Source: Dokdonella sp.
GTDB taxonomy: Bacteria > Pseudomonadota > Gammaproteobacteria > Xanthomonadales > Rhodanobacteraceae
Assembly (NCBI GenBank): GCA_040005635.1
Contig: JBDTYM010000005.1
Coordinates: forward strand, 5,477-69,476
Direction: 5' to 3'
Length of the DNA stretch: 64,000 nt
The translations under genes were made by a program, and so were the position numbers. Of the stretch, positions 46,994 to 57,768 are shown piece by piece. Positions within the stretch are counted from its first letter, which is position 1. Each line of letters opens with the position of its first letter. Below the pieces are notes generated by a model. That model searched no databases. It was not told the origin of the DNA and was given only the letters and a program-made list of their open reading frames with translations.

Positions 46994-47974
46994 CTAGCTC
47001 GCCGCCAGCGTGCGCTGCACCGCCGCGACGATGCGCTCGACGCTCGGCAGGTATTTCATCTCGAGCCGGTACAGCGGGATATGCGTGTCGTATCCGGTCA
47101 CGCGTTCGACCGGTGCGACGAGATCGTAGATTGCTTCACCGGCGAGGCGGGCGGCAATCTCGGCGCCGAAACCGGCCGTGCGCGGCGCCTCGTGCACGAT
47201 CACGCAGCGGCCGGTCTTCCTGACCGATTCGTGGATCGTGTCGAAGTCGAGCGGCTTCAGCGTCGCGACATCGATGACCTCGGCGCTGATGCCTTGCTCG
47301 GCCAATGCATCGGCCGCTTCCAATGTCTCTTTCACTTGCGCGCCCCAGGTCACCAGGGTCACGTCACCTCCATCGCGCAGCACGAAACAGACATCCAGCG
47401 GCAGCGCCTCGCCGTCGTCGGCGACTTCTTCCTTGTACTGGCGATAGATGCGCTTGGGCTCGAAGAACATCACCGGGTCGGGATCGCGGATCGCGGCGAG
47501 CAGTAGTCCATATGCGCGCCCCGGCGACGATGGCATCACCACGCGCAAACCCGGAATGTTGGTGAACAGCGACTCGTTCGCCTCCGAATGATGCTCTGGA
47601 GCGCGGATGCCACCACCCCAGGGAGCGCGGAACACAGCGGGGCAGGTGAGCCGGCCGCGTGTGCGCGTGCGCATGCGTGCGGCATGGCAGGCGATGTGTT
47701 CCATCATCGGGTAGATGAAGCCTTCAAACTGCGCCTCCGCGACCGGCCGCATGCCTTGCGCGGCCATGCCGACCGTGAGGCCGGCGATCGAGGCCTCGTC
47801 GAGCGGCGTGTCGATGACGCGATCGGCGCCGAACTTTTCCTGCAGGCCCTGGGTAGCGCGGAACACGCCGCCGTTGACGCCGACATCCTCGCCGAGCACG
47901 ACGACGCTGGGGTCGATGCGCATCTCGTAGGCGAGCGCCTGGGTGACCGCTTCGATGAGGGTGATCTGTGCCAT
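46994..47974 (-). CDS. 2-oxoacid dehydrogenase E1 beta subunit
   Basis: GEDVG.NGGVFRAT, DTPL.E, EHHSE, EPK..Y. Confidence 0.95.
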   Translation of the reverse strand: MAQITLIEAVTQALAYEMRIDPSVVVLGEDVGVNGGVFRATQGLQEKFGADRVIDTPLDEASIAGLTVGMAAQGMRPVAEAQFEGFIYPMMEHIACHAARMRTRTRGRLTCPAVFRAPWGGGIRAPEHHSEANESLFTNIPGLRVVMPSSPGRAYGLLLAAIRDPDPVMFFEPKRIYRQYKEEVADDGEALPLDVCFVLRDGGDVTLVTWGAQVKETLEAADALAEQGISAEVIDVATLKPLDFDTIHESVRKTGRCVIVHEAPRTAGFGAEIAARLAGEAIYDLVAPVERVTGYDTHIPLYRLEMKYLPSVERIVAAVQRTLAAS

Positions 47975-48035
47975 GTCGGATAGTGATTGTCTGCGATGAA
48001 TGAAGGATTGGCGTGCAGCGTAGCGCTCGTGCGTG

Positions 48036-49112
48036 CTAAGCGTGCTTTTCCCGCGCCAGCACTTCGGCCTTCTGGGCTGCAAGCTCCGCGGTCAGTTCGG
48101 CATGCGTGAAATCGAACATCGCCTCGACCGTTTGCGACTTGGTGTCGAGATACGCATTGACCTCGATATCGACCTTCGCCGCGCAATCGGCCTTCCAGTC
48201 CTCCTCTTCTTTCTCGGTCCACGCGTTCAGCGACATCAAGTAAGCCTTGATGCGCTTCATCGGCTCACGCTGCCAGGCTTCCTTGACCTCGGCATCGGGG
48301 CGGTAACGGCGCGCGTCGTCGGCGGTGGTGTGGTCGGACAGCCGGTACGTGACCGCCTCGATCACCATGCCGCCATGGCCATGGCGCGCGCGCTTCACCG
48401 CGTGGTCCATCGCCGCGCGCATCGCGATCAGGTCGTTGCCGTCGACTTGCAGGCATTCCAGACCCGCCGCGATGCCCTTTTGTGCCAGCGTCTTCGCGGC
48501 GGTCTGCGCGCTGCGCGGCACCGAGATCGCCCACTGGTTGTTGACGATGACGACGACCAGCGGCAGCTTCATCGCGCCGGCAACATTGATCGCGCCGTAG
48601 AAATCACCCTTGGACGAACTGCCGTCGCCGATCACGGTGACCGCGACGCGTGGTTCCTTGCGCACCTTGAACGCGAGCGCGGCGCCGGCGGCATGCAGGG
48701 CCTGCGTCGCGATCGGTACGCACCAGGCAAAATCATGTGCCGGGCCCGAGAAATCGCTGCCGCGCTCGTCGCCACCCCAGTACAGCAGGACCTCGCGCGG
48801 CTTCACGCCGCGATAGAACTGTGCGCCGTACTCGCGGTACATCGGCGCGAATACGTCGTCTTCCTGCATCGCACTGCCGATCGCGACGTGGGCGGCTTCG
48901 TGGCCGAGGCAGGACGCGTACGTGCCGAGCTTGCCGGTGCGCTGCAGCGCGACCGCCTTGGCGTCGAACACGCGCACGTACAGCATCAACTTATACAGTT
49001 CCACAAGTTGCCGGACGTCGCGGGCGATCGCGGGCAGATCGTCGCGCACGAGCTTGCCGTCCGCGTCAAGGTATTGGAGGAACTCGATTTCGAAAGTGGC
49101 GGCGATGGACAA
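48036..49112 (-). CDS. 2-oxoacid dehydrogenase E1 alpha subunit
   Basis: GDG..NN TPP-binding motif, HTTADD; TTG start after GGAGG. Confidence 0.93.
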   Translation of the reverse strand: MSIAATFEIEFLQYLDADGKLVRDDLPAIARDVRQLVELYKLMLYVRVFDAKAVALQRTGKLGTYASCLGHEAAHVAIGSAMQEDDVFAPMYREYGAQFYRGVKPREVLLYWGGDERGSDFSGPAHDFAWCVPIATQALHAAGAALAFKVRKEPRVAVTVIGDGSSSKGDFYGAINVAGAMKLPLVVVIVNNQWAISVPRSAQTAAKTLAQKGIAAGLECLQVDGNDLIAMRAAMDHAVKRARHGHGGMVIEAVTYRLSDHTTADDARRYRPDAEVKEAWQREPMKRIKAYLMSLNAWTEKEEEDWKADCAAKVDIEVNAYLDTKSQTVEAMFDFTHAELTAELAAQKAEVLAREKHA

Positions 49113-49333
49113 GAAAGCCTCCGGAGCGGCGCCGCGACAAGCGCGCGCATCAGAACAGGGCGGACCAGGGGATGCCGGCTGGGCGGTGGGGCGAGCGCAT
49201 GGCGGCGGTCGACATCCATTCGGATTGCGAAACCGAAACAGTAAGCAAGACCACCCCGCGTTCGCAAGGCCCGACGCAACATCGCCCGCCACCCTGCGGG
49301 TTAAACTGTGGTCTTCCCGTTTGTGACATCGCG

Positions 49334-50194
49334 ATGAACGAAACGCCGAACCTGCGTCCGCTCGAACACGAGATCGAACTCGACCTGCACGACCGCACCA
49401 CCTATGGCGGCTACCTGCATCTCGACACCCTGCTGTCCGCCCAGCAACCGCTCAGCGATCCGCCGTTGCACGATGAAATGCTGTTCATCATCCAGCACCA
49501 GGTCGCGGAACTGTGGATGAAGTTGCTGGTCCACGAATTGCGCGCCGCGGTGCTGAGCCTCACGCATGACGACGTCGACGCGGCCCTGAAGATCCTCGCG
49601 CGCGTGAAGCAGGTGCAGCGCCAGTTGTTCGAGCAGTGGGCCGTGCTGGAGACGCTGACGCCGAGCGAATACATGCAGTTCCGGCCGGTGCTGGGGCCGT
49701 CATCGGGCTTCCAGTCGCTGCAGTATCGCCTGGTTGAGTTTCTGCTCGGCAACAAGAACGCCGGCATGTTGAAGGTATTCGACTACGATCCGGCCGCGCA
49801 GGCGATACTGCGCGCGCAGCTCGAGGCACCGAGCTTGTACGACGAGTTCCTGCGCTACCTCGCACGGCGTGGGCACGCGGTGCCATCCGCCTGTCTGGAT
49901 CGCGACGTCACGCAGCCTCATGCGCGGGTCGACGCGCTGGTGCCGGTGTTCAAACGCATCTACGAAAACGCGCGCGAATTCTGGCCGGAGTATCACCTGT
50001 GCGAGCAGTTGGTCGATGTCGAGGAAAGCTTCCAGCTGTGGCGCTTCCGCCACATGAAGACGGTCGAGCGCATCATTGGCTACCGGCGCGGCACCGGCGG
50101 TTCGTCCGGTGTCGCGTTTCTGAAGCGGGCGCTCGAGCTGACCTTCTTTCCGGAACTGCTCGAGGTGCGCACGGTGATCGGAGACGCGTCCTGA
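49334..50194 (+). CDS. kynA: Tryptophan 2,3-dioxygenase
   Basis: [29 protein letters not shown]. Confidence 0.96.
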   Translation: MNETPNLRPLEHEIELDLHDRTTYGGYLHLDTLLSAQQPLSDPPLHDEMLFIIQHQVAELWMKLLVHELRAAVLSLTHDDVDAALKILARVKQVQRQLFEQWAVLETLTPSEYMQFRPVLGPSSGFQSLQYRLVEFLLGNKNAGMLKVFDYDPAAQAILRAQLEAPSLYDEFLRYLARRGHAVPSACLDRDVTQPHARVDALVPVFKRIYENAREFWPEYHLCEQLVDVEESFQLWRFRHMKTVERIIGYRRGTGGSSGVAFLKRALELTFFPELLEVRTVIGDAS

Positions 50195-50327
50195 TGCCGC
50201 GCTGCGGCAAGGGTCGCGTTTGACTCGTGGAGAAGTTGCGGTTACACGTTGCAACGCTCGGCGCAGCGATTTTCCGTGTGCGTAGCAGCAGTTCCCGCCA
50301 CCCATCCAGTTCCCGGGGAGATAGCGC

Positions 50328-51839
50328 ATGAGCGGTCCGGCCAACCCGCCCGTCAACAGCACACCCATTCCGCAGTTTCCAGAGCGCCTCGGTCATCCGG
50401 CGCCGCTGTGGATGCTGTTCATGACCGAATTCTGGGAACGCTTCGCGTTCTACGGAATGCGCTGGGCGCTGACGCTCTACATCGTCGCCCAGTTTTACGG
50501 CGGGTCGGGCACCGGCGAAGCACCGGCCAATGACGTTTATGGCGCCTACCTCGCATTGATCTACGCCGCGTCATTGTTCGGCGGCTATGCCGCCGACCAG
50601 CTGATCGGCTACCAGCGTTCAATCCTGATCGGCGCGGTGATCATGGCCTCGGGCTTGTTCGTGATCATGGTGCCGAATCAGGACATCTTCCTGTTCGGGC
50701 TGGCGCTCGTGATCGTCGGCAACGGTTTGTTCAAGCCGAACATCTCGACCATGGTCGGCCAGCTCTACGCGCAGGACGATCGCCGGCGCGACGCTGGCTT
50801 CACGATCTTTTACATGGGCATCAACCTCGGCGGCTTCCTGTCGCCGATCGTGACCGGCTGGCTCGCCAGCATCATCACGCACACCCCGATGCAGCAGAAC
50901 TACAAGGTCGTGTTCTTCGCTTCCGGCGTCGGCATGATCCTCAGCTTCGCCTGGTTCTGGTTCGGGCGCCGCCAGCTTCACGGCATCGGCCGACCGCCCG
51001 TGGAGGTACCCGCCAAGCGCGCGCTCGGCATCGTGTTGCTTGCGGCGGCAGTTGGCGTGCCGCTGGTGTATTTCCTGTTGGCCAAGCTCGGCGCGGATGC
51101 GCTGGTCTGGATTCTCGGCGCGCTGTTCGTCGGCCTCGGTGTGATGCTGCTGGTCGAGGGCATTCGCGAGGGTACGGTTGCGCGCGATCGCGTCATCGCG
51201 ATGCTGATCATCTTCGTGTTCAACGCGTTGTTCTGGATGTTCTTCGAGCAGGCCGGCAGCTCGTTCAACTTTCTTGCGCAGAACATCGTCCAGCGCATGT
51301 TCGGCAGCTGGGAATTTCCGGTCGCCTGGTTCCAGTCGGTGAATTCACTGGCGATCATCGGCCTCGCACCGTTGATCGCGGCAATCTGGGTCTGGATGGG
51401 CAAGCGCAATACCGAACCTTCGATCCCGCGCAAGTTCGGTCTCGGCCTGATCGGCAATGGGCTTGCCTTCCTGTTGCTGATGTATGCGCTCACCTACCTC
51501 GTCGATGCGCAGAGCAAGATTCCTTTCTGGACGCTGTTCATGGTCTACGTGATCCAGTCGGTCGGCGAGCTGTGTCTGTCACCGGTCGGACTGTCGATGG
51601 TGACCAAGCTGGCGCCGCGGCGCTTCGTCGGTTTCGCGATGGGGGGTTGGTTCCTCTCGATCGCCAATGGCAACAATCTTTCCGGAAAGTTTGCTGCCTG
51701 GGTCAGTGGCGACACCGGCATGACCACCGGTTCCGCACTCAGCGGCTACACGATGGGTTTCTGGGCTCTGGTCGGAGCCGGCGTGCTGTTGTTCCTGATC
51801 GCGCCGCTGATCAATCGCCTGATGCACGGGGTGAAATGA
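50328..51839 (+). CDS. POT family oligopeptide:H+ symporter
   Basis: EFWERFAFYG, FYMGINLG, ELCLSPVGLS. Confidence 0.95.
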   Translation: MSGPANPPVNSTPIPQFPERLGHPAPLWMLFMTEFWERFAFYGMRWALTLYIVAQFYGGSGTGEAPANDVYGAYLALIYAASLFGGYAADQLIGYQRSILIGAVIMASGLFVIMVPNQDIFLFGLALVIVGNGLFKPNISTMVGQLYAQDDRRRDAGFTIFYMGINLGGFLSPIVTGWLASIITHTPMQQNYKVVFFASGVGMILSFAWFWFGRRQLHGIGRPPVEVPAKRALGIVLLAAAVGVPLVYFLLAKLGADALVWILGALFVGLGVMLLVEGIREGTVARDRVIAMLIIFVFNALFWMFFEQAGSSFNFLAQNIVQRMFGSWEFPVAWFQSVNSLAIIGLAPLIAAIWVWMGKRNTEPSIPRKFGLGLIGNGLAFLLLMYALTYLVDAQSKIPFWTLFMVYVIQSVGELCLSPVGLSMVTKLAPRRFVGFAMGGWFLSIANGNNLSGKFAAWVSGDTGMTTGSALSGYTMGFWALVGAGVLLFLIAPLINRLMHGVK

Positions 51840-51865
51840 CGACGCTGTGAGCGGCGAGTTACCGC

Positions 51866-52306
51866 TCACAGGGGCGCCAGCTTGTCGAGGATGCGCGTCA
51901 ACACCTTGCGCTCCTCGACGTCGAGCAGCGCAAGCATCTCGCGTTCATGCACGCGAGCCAGCGGCGCGACGACATCGTGGATCTTCCAACCCTTGGCGGA
52001 CAGCAGCAGCACGGAACGGCGCTTGTCGCCGTCGTGAATGCGGCGGACGACGCGTTTGGCAGCGACCAGGCGCGCCAGCGCGCGACTGACGGCGACCTTG
52101 TCCATTTCGGTGCGCTCGGCGACGTCGCGCGCGGACAGGCCGTGGCCGTCGAAGCGGGCCAGCACGGCAATCACGCGCCATTCCGTCATCGAGAGGTCGA
52201 AGCGATCCTGGTACTCGCGGGCAATCGCCTGGCTGACGCGGTTCGACAGGATCGACAAGCGATAGGGCAGGAAGCGTTCGAGTTCGAGCGGCGTGTGGTC
52301 GGGCAT
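51866..52306 (-). CDS. MarR family regulator of the hppD-hmgA operon
   Basis: LERFLPYRL, EWRV, MDKVAVSRA, DKR; divergent from hppD. Confidence 0.9.
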   Translation of the reverse strand: MPDHTPLELERFLPYRLSILSNRVSQAIAREYQDRFDLSMTEWRVIAVLARFDGHGLSARDVAERTEMDKVAVSRALARLVAAKRVVRRIHDGDKRRSVLLLSAKGWKIHDVVAPLARVHEREMLALLDVEERKVLTRILDKLAPL

Positions 52307-52319
52307 ATGGCACTGTACC

Positions 52320-52348
52320 TTGCAAATGGTTTCACTTGAAACCATAAT
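52320..52348 (+). promoter_or_regulatory. hppD promoter with a palindromic operator in the spacer
   Basis: TTGCAA-17bp-CATAAT; ATGGTTTCA-CT-TGAAACCAT at 52326-52345. Confidence 0.75.
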
Positions 52349-52452
52349 TTATGCGATCGCCGGTGATCGCGCAAAGCCAGTTGCGGCCATCCATGGCTGC
52401 AGGTTGCAGGAGCAGCGCGACTTTCTCGGCGCCCAGCTCATTGGAGAAAGCC

Positions 52453-53541
52453 ATGAACGCCCAGCCCAACCTCGGCATGCAGGTCACCACGTTCGACAAC
52501 CCGATGGGAGTCGATGGTTTCGAGTTCGTCGAGTTCGCCGCGCCGGATCCGCGCCTGCTGCACGACTTGTTTCCCAAGCTCGGTTTCAGCGTGGTCGCGA
52601 AGCATCGCTCCAAGCGGATTACCCTGTATCGCCAGGGCCAGTGCAATTTCCTGGTCAACGAGGAAGCGGATTCGTTCGCAGCGGATTTCGCCGCGCAGCA
52701 CGGCCCCAGCGCCTGCGGCTTCGCGATCCGCTTCAAGAAGCCGGCGACCGAGGTATTGCAGGCGACGCTTGCGAACGGTGCCGAGGAGATCACGCACAAG
52801 GCGTCGAGCAAGGCCGTCGCCGTGCCGGTCATCAAGGGCATCGGCGACTGCATGCTGTATCTGGTCGATCGCTATGGCGACAAGGGTGAAATCTACGAGG
52901 ACGAGTTCGATTACCTGCCGGGCGTAGAGCGCAACCCGAAGGGATTCGGACTGACCTTCATCGATCACCTGACCCACAATCTGTACTTCGGCAACATGGC
53001 GCAGTGGGCGGGCTACTACGAGCGCCTGTTCAATTTCCGCGAGATCCGCTACTTCGACATCAAAGGCAGCAAGACCGGCCTCGTCTCGAAGGCGATGACC
53101 GCGCCGGACGGCCTGGTGCGGATTCCGCTGAACGAATCGTCGGACGCGAAGTCGCAGATCAACGAATACCTCAACGAGTACAAAGGCGAGGGGATCCAGC
53201 ATATCGCCTGTTTCACCGACACCATCTACGAGACGGTCGAGGCGATGCGTGCGACCGGCGTGGCCTTCCTCGATACGCCGGATAGCTATTACGAAGTCGT
53301 CGACGTGCGCGTGCCGAACCACGGTGAAGACGTGCCGCGTCTGGCCCGCAACAAGATCCTGATCGATGCCGACGTCGAAACCAAGCAGCGCAAACTTCTG
53401 CAGATCTTCACGCAGAACAGCGTTGGTCCGATCTTTTTCGAGATCATCCAGCGCAAGGGCAACGAAGGCTTCGGCGAGGGCAATTTCCAGGCGTTGTTCG
53501 AGTCGATCGAGCGCGACCAGATGCGCCGCGGCGTGCTCTAG
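52453..53541 (+). CDS. hppD: 4-hydroxyphenylpyruvate dioxygenase
   Basis: NPMG..GFEFVEF, IDHLTHN, GIQHIA, FFEIIQRKG..GFGEGNF. Confidence 0.97.
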   Translation: MNAQPNLGMQVTTFDNPMGVDGFEFVEFAAPDPRLLHDLFPKLGFSVVAKHRSKRITLYRQGQCNFLVNEEADSFAADFAAQHGPSACGFAIRFKKPATEVLQATLANGAEEITHKASSKAVAVPVIKGIGDCMLYLVDRYGDKGEIYEDEFDYLPGVERNPKGFGLTFIDHLTHNLYFGNMAQWAGYYERLFNFREIRYFDIKGSKTGLVSKAMTAPDGLVRIPLNESSDAKSQINEYLNEYKGEGIQHIACFTDTIYETVEAMRATGVAFLDTPDSYYEVVDVRVPNHGEDVPRLARNKILIDADVETKQRKLLQIFTQNSVGPIFFEIIQRKGNEGFGEGNFQALFESIERDQMRRGVL

Positions 53542-53583
53542 CATCGACGTGTGCCCAGCGTCTTCGGTCAGCGGGAGCAAGTG

Positions 53584-54876
53584 ATGGCGGTCAACGGCTA
53601 CCAGTCAGGTTTCGGCAACGAGTTCGCGAGCGAAGCGGTTGCCGGCACGTTGCCGCAAGGACGCAACTCGCCGCAGCGCGTCGCGCACGGCCTGTATGCG
53701 GAGCAGCTATCCGGCACCGCGTTCACGGCGCCGCGGCATCTGAACCGGCGCAGCTGGCTGTACCGGATTCGTCCCGCCGCCGTGCATGGCGCGTTCAAAC
53801 CGCTGGCTGGCACCTCGTTTCACAATCGCTTCGACGAAGCGGCCGCGTCGCCCAATCAGCTGCGCTGGGATCCGCACCCATTGCCCGAGGTGCCGACCGA
53901 TTTCGTCGATGGTCTGTATACGATGGCCGGCAACGGTGGCGCGTCGGCGCAGGCCGGCATCGGCGTTCACGTCTACGCGGCCAACCGGTCGATGCAGGGA
54001 CGCTACTTCTACGACGCCGATGGTGAATTGCTGATCGTGCCGCACCAGGGCCGCCTGCGCATCGCGACCGAGCTCGGCGTGCTCGACGTCGAACCGCAGG
54101 AGGTTGCGCTGATTCCGCGCGGTGTGCGCTTCCGTGTCGACTTGCCGGATGGCACTGCGCGCGGTTACGTGGCGGAGAATTTCGGTGCCGCTCTCCACTT
54201 GCCGGAGCTCGGTCCGATCGGATCGAACGGCCTCGCCAATCCACGCGATTTCCTCAGCCCGGTGGCTGCTTACGAAGATATCGACGGCGATTTCCAGCTG
54301 GTCGCGAAATTCCAGGGCGCGCTGTGGTCGGCGCCGATCGATCATTCGCCGCTGGACGTTGTCGGTTGGCATGGCAACTACGCACCGTGCAAGTACGATC
54401 TTCGTCACTTCAACACGATCGGTTCGATCAGCTATGACCATCCGGACCCGTCGATCTTCACGGTGCTGACTTCGCCGTCGGATACCCCGGGTGTCGCGAA
54501 TCTGGATTTCGTGATTTTTCCGCCGCGCTGGCTGGTCGCCGAAAACACGTTCCGGCCGCCATGGTTCCATCGCAATATCGCCAGCGAGTTCATGGGTCTG
54601 ATCCACGGATCCTATGACGCCAAGGCCGGCGGCTTCGTGCCGGGAGGCGCATCGCTGCACAACAGCATGAGCGGGCACGGCCCGGACGCGGCGAGCTTCG
54701 ACAAGGCGACTGCAGCAAATACCACCCAGCCGGACCATATCGTCGACACAATGGCCTTCATGTTCGAGACGCGCGCGGTCATGCATCCGACTCGACAGGC
54801 GCTGCAGACGCCGCAGTTGCAGGCGCACTACCAGGATTGCTGGCGCGGGCTGCACAAGCGATTCACAGCCGTTTGA
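53584..54876 (+). CDS. hmgA: Homogentisate 1,2-dioxygenase
   Basis: [36 protein letters not shown]. Confidence 0.97.
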   Translation: MAVNGYQSGFGNEFASEAVAGTLPQGRNSPQRVAHGLYAEQLSGTAFTAPRHLNRRSWLYRIRPAAVHGAFKPLAGTSFHNRFDEAAASPNQLRWDPHPLPEVPTDFVDGLYTMAGNGGASAQAGIGVHVYAANRSMQGRYFYDADGELLIVPHQGRLRIATELGVLDVEPQEVALIPRGVRFRVDLPDGTARGYVAENFGAALHLPELGPIGSNGLANPRDFLSPVAAYEDIDGDFQLVAKFQGALWSAPIDHSPLDVVGWHGNYAPCKYDLRHFNTIGSISYDHPDPSIFTVLTSPSDTPGVANLDFVIFPPRWLVAENTFRPPWFHRNIASEFMGLIHGSYDAKAGGFVPGGASLHNSMSGHGPDAASFDKATAANTTQPDHIVDTMAFMFETRAVMHPTRQALQTPQLQAHYQDCWRGLHKRFTAV

Positions 54877-54881
54877 CAGAA

Positions 54882-54916
54882 TTGACATCGTGATGCCATC
54901 GCATCATGATGCGATG
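54882..54916 (+). promoter_or_regulatory. TA promoter with a perfect 20-bp palindrome over the -10
   Basis: TTGACA-17bp-CATGAT; CATCGCATCATGATGCGATG at 54897-54916. Confidence 0.7.
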
Positions 54917-54936
54917 ACGCCAGCACGAGTTGAGCC

Positions 54937-55179
54937 ATGCGCACGACGATCGACATCCCTGAACGCGAGCATGCGCTGTTCACGAGCTTGGCGCGCGCGC
55001 AAGGCACCAGTATGAGCAAGCTCTTGCTCGATCTGGCGCGGCGTGGACTGAACGCCGCTTCGCTGGTCTCGGAAGAAAAAGCCGACTACCGGGTGAATCC
55101 CGAAACGGGATTGCCGCTGTTCCGCTCGGGTCGGCCGATCACGATCGATGACGTCAAGGCGTTGGACGACGAATGGTGA
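54937..55179 (+). CDS. VapB-like ribbon-helix-helix antitoxin
   Basis: MRTTIDI..., ETGLPLF...PIT.DDV acidic end; overlaps the PIN gene. Confidence 0.8.
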   Translation: MRTTIDIPEREHALFTSLARAQGTSMSKLLLDLARRGLNAASLVSEEKADYRVNPETGLPLFRSGRPITIDDVKALDDEW

Positions 55180-55580
55180 CGGACCTGCTGGATGGAAATG
55201 TGCTGATCGCGCTCGGTGACAGCGATCATGTTCATCATGCTGCCGCGACGAAGTGGTTCGGCCGACGCGATGGTGCAGAGTTTGCAACGTGTCCGATTAC
55301 CCAAGGCACCTTGCTCCGACTCCTGCTGCGTCACCGGATCGCGACGGATATCGGCCAAGCAGTGCGCATCCTGCGCGGATTCATGGCGCATCCTGGCCAT
55401 CGCTTATGGGCGGACGACCTGAGTTACGACGCCATACGCTGGGATGGGGTGCTCGGCCACGGCCAAGTGACCGACGCGTATCTGGCTGCGCTCGCGCGCA
55501 AGCACGGCGGACGCCTCGCGACGCTCGATCGCGGACTGGCCGCATTGCATGACGACGTCGCCGAATTGATTCCCTCATGA
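55173..55580 (+). CDS. VapC-like PIN-domain ribonuclease toxin
   Basis: LLDGNVLIAL, H.HH..A..WF, QVTDAYL.ALA, LATLDR. Confidence 0.88.
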   Translation: MVTDLLDGNVLIALGDSDHVHHAAATKWFGRRDGAEFATCPITQGTLLRLLLRHRIATDIGQAVRILRGFMAHPGHRLWADDLSYDAIRWDGVLGHGQVTDAYLAALARKHGGRLATLDRGLAALHDDVAELIPS

Positions 55581-55590
55581 AGGACATCCG

Positions 55591-56583
55591 ATGAAACTGG
55601 GCTCTCTCAAGGACGGCGGCCGCGACGGCACGCTGATCGTGGTCAGTCGTGACCTGGCTCGCGCGGTGCGCGCGAGCGCGATCGCGCCGACGCTGCAGCG
55701 TGCGCTGGAAGACTGGTCGAATGTGGCGCCGCGTCTGAATGCACTGTCCGAGGCGCTCCACGCGAATGCCGCACCGGAGGCGTTCGCGCTCGAATTGGCA
55801 ACGCTGGCTGCACCATTGCCGCGAGCGTACGAATTCGTCGACGGCAGCGCGTATCTGCCGCACGTCGAACGTGTGCGGCGCGCGCGCGGGGCCGAGGTGC
55901 CGGAAAGCTTCTATACCGATCCGCTGATGTACCAGGCGACCAGCGCCGGCTTTTATGGACCGACCGATCCGATCCTGGCGCTGAGCGAGGAGTGGGGCAT
56001 CGACCTCGAAGCCGAAGTCGTTGTCGTCACCGACGATGTGCCGATGGGTGTTTCGCCCGCGGATGCGGCGAACCATATTCAATTGATCGGGCTCGTCAAC
56101 GACGTCTCGCTGCGCAACCTGATTCCGGGAGAGCTCGCCAAGGGTTTCGGTTTCCTGCAATCGAAGCCGCGCTCGGCGTTGTCGCCGGTCTTCGTGACGC
56201 CGGATGAACTCGGCGACGCCTGGAGTGGAAGCAAGTTGAATCTGCCGATGCGCACATGGATCAACGGTCGCTGGTTCGGCGGGGCGGAATGCGGCGTCGA
56301 CATGCAATTCAGCTTCGCCGAGCTCGTCGCGCACGCGGCGAAGACGCGTCCGCTCGGCGCCGGCACGTTGGTTGGCTCAGGCACGATCGCAAACGAAGAC
56401 ACTTCAAAGGGAGCGTCCTGCCTGGCCGAGCAGCGTACGGTCGAAACCCTGCGTGACGGCAAGCCTTCGACACCATTCCTGAAATTCGGCGACAGCGTCC
56501 GCATCGAGATCACCGACGCGAGCGGGGCGAGCTTGTTCGGTGCGATCGAACAGAGGGTGACGAGTCAGTCAGCCACGCGCTGA
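55591..56583 (+). CDS. Fumarylacetoacetate hydrolase family protein (probable fumarylacetoacetase)
   Basis: MKLGSLK.GGRDG, DLEAE, NDVSLR, GSGT; lies between hmgA and maiA. Confidence 0.9.
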   Translation: MKLGSLKDGGRDGTLIVVSRDLARAVRASAIAPTLQRALEDWSNVAPRLNALSEALHANAAPEAFALELATLAAPLPRAYEFVDGSAYLPHVERVRRARGAEVPESFYTDPLMYQATSAGFYGPTDPILALSEEWGIDLEAEVVVVTDDVPMGVSPADAANHIQLIGLVNDVSLRNLIPGELAKGFGFLQSKPRSALSPVFVTPDELGDAWSGSKLNLPMRTWINGRWFGGAECGVDMQFSFAELVAHAAKTRPLGAGTLVGSGTIANEDTSKGASCLAEQRTVETLRDGKPSTPFLKFGDSVRIEITDASGASLFGAIEQRVTSQSATR

Positions 56584-56608
56584 AGAATAGAGCGAGCAGG
56601 GCAAGCGA

Positions 56609-57277
56609 ATGTCGATTGACGCAAATATCACGCTATATGACTACTGGCGTTCCAGTGCCTGTTATCGCGTGCGCATCGCGCTGAATTTGAAGGGCATGCG
56701 GTATTCGCACAAGCCCGTACATCTGATCAGGAACGGTGGCGAACAGCACAGCGCGGAGCATCGGACGCTGAATCCACAGGAAGCGATACCGGTGCTCGTG
56801 CACGGCACGCAGGTGATCCGCCAGTCGCTCGCGATTCTCGAATATCTGGAGGAGATGGGTGGCGCAGGTGTACCGAAACTGTTGCCTGTAGCTACGTCCG
56901 AGCGCGCTCGCGTGCGTTCGCTCGCGTTGCTGATTGCCTGCGATGTGCACCCGATCAACAATCTGCGTGTGATGCAATATCTCGAACGCGAGTTCCATCT
57001 GCAGCAGGACGCACGCGAACAGTGGCAGCGGCACTGGATGGCCGAAGGGCTGCGCGCCTTCGAGACGTTGCTGGCCACCAACGCGGCGACTGGCCTGTAT
57101 TGCCATGGCGACACACCGGGCATCGCCGATGCCTGCTTGATCCCGCAGGTCTACAACGCAAACCGCTTCGGCGTCGATCTGACGTCGTTGCCGACGATCA
57201 GGCGGATCAACGAGCGGTGTCTGGCGCTGCCGGCGTTCGATGCGGCGAGGCCGGAGAATCAGCCGGACGCGGCATAG
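56609..57277 (+). CDS. maiA: Maleylacetoacetate isomerase (GST zeta)
   Basis: YWRSSACYRVRIALNLKG, QSLAI.EYL, HP.NNLRV, PENQPD. Confidence 0.95.
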   Translation: MSIDANITLYDYWRSSACYRVRIALNLKGMRYSHKPVHLIRNGGEQHSAEHRTLNPQEAIPVLVHGTQVIRQSLAILEYLEEMGGAGVPKLLPVATSERARVRSLALLIACDVHPINNLRVMQYLEREFHLQQDAREQWQRHWMAEGLRAFETLLATNAATGLYCHGDTPGIADACLIPQVYNANRFGVDLTSLPTIRRINERCLALPAFDAARPENQPDAA

Positions 57278-57764
57278 CGTCTGCGAGCATCCGCGAAGAG
57301 GATGCGGTCGCGCGCTGTTCCGCACGAGTCACGTGATCCGGAGTTTCCGATTCAACCATGAAGCGCGCTGAGCGCCAGCGAAGTTCGAACGGCAGCTCGT
57401 GCGCCAGAATCCCGCGCACGTGGCTGATGCCACCTGCGAGCAGGGCTGCATAACTGATTGCCATGGTCGTGGCGCGTAAAGGGGCGTGATCGAGCAGAAG
57501 AATTGCGCGTAGCAGACTGCGCTGACAGCACAAGGGCCATGGAATCTGGAGATCCACGATCGCGGCCAGCACTCCAACCAACGCGAATACGGCCCCGAGC
57601 GCGGCCAGCAGGCCACCGCCGCGGCGACCAAGCCGTAATCCGAGAAATGCGAGGACGAAAGCAGCGATGCCGATGGCAAGCGGATCGAGCGCAGACCAGC
57701 GCGCTGCGAGCAGACCGGCAAGGCTTGCCGCCACCACGCCGCGTATCACGCGCGAGCGCTCCAT
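57207..57764 (-). CDS. Possible hypothetical membrane protein (3' end uncertain)
   Basis: ATG just after the CBS gene stop; hydrophobic N-terminal half; overlaps the maiA 3' end by about 70 bp. Confidence 0.35.
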   Translation of the reverse strand: MERSRVIRGVVAASLAGLLAARWSALDPLAIGIAAFVLAFLGLRLGRRGGGLLAALGAVFALVGVLAAIVDLQIPWPLCCQRSLLRAILLLDHAPLRATTMAISYAALLAGGISHVRGILAHELPFELRWRSARFMVESETPDHVTRAEQRATASSSRMLADAMPRPADSPASPHRTPAAPDTAR

Positions 57765-57768
57765 GACA

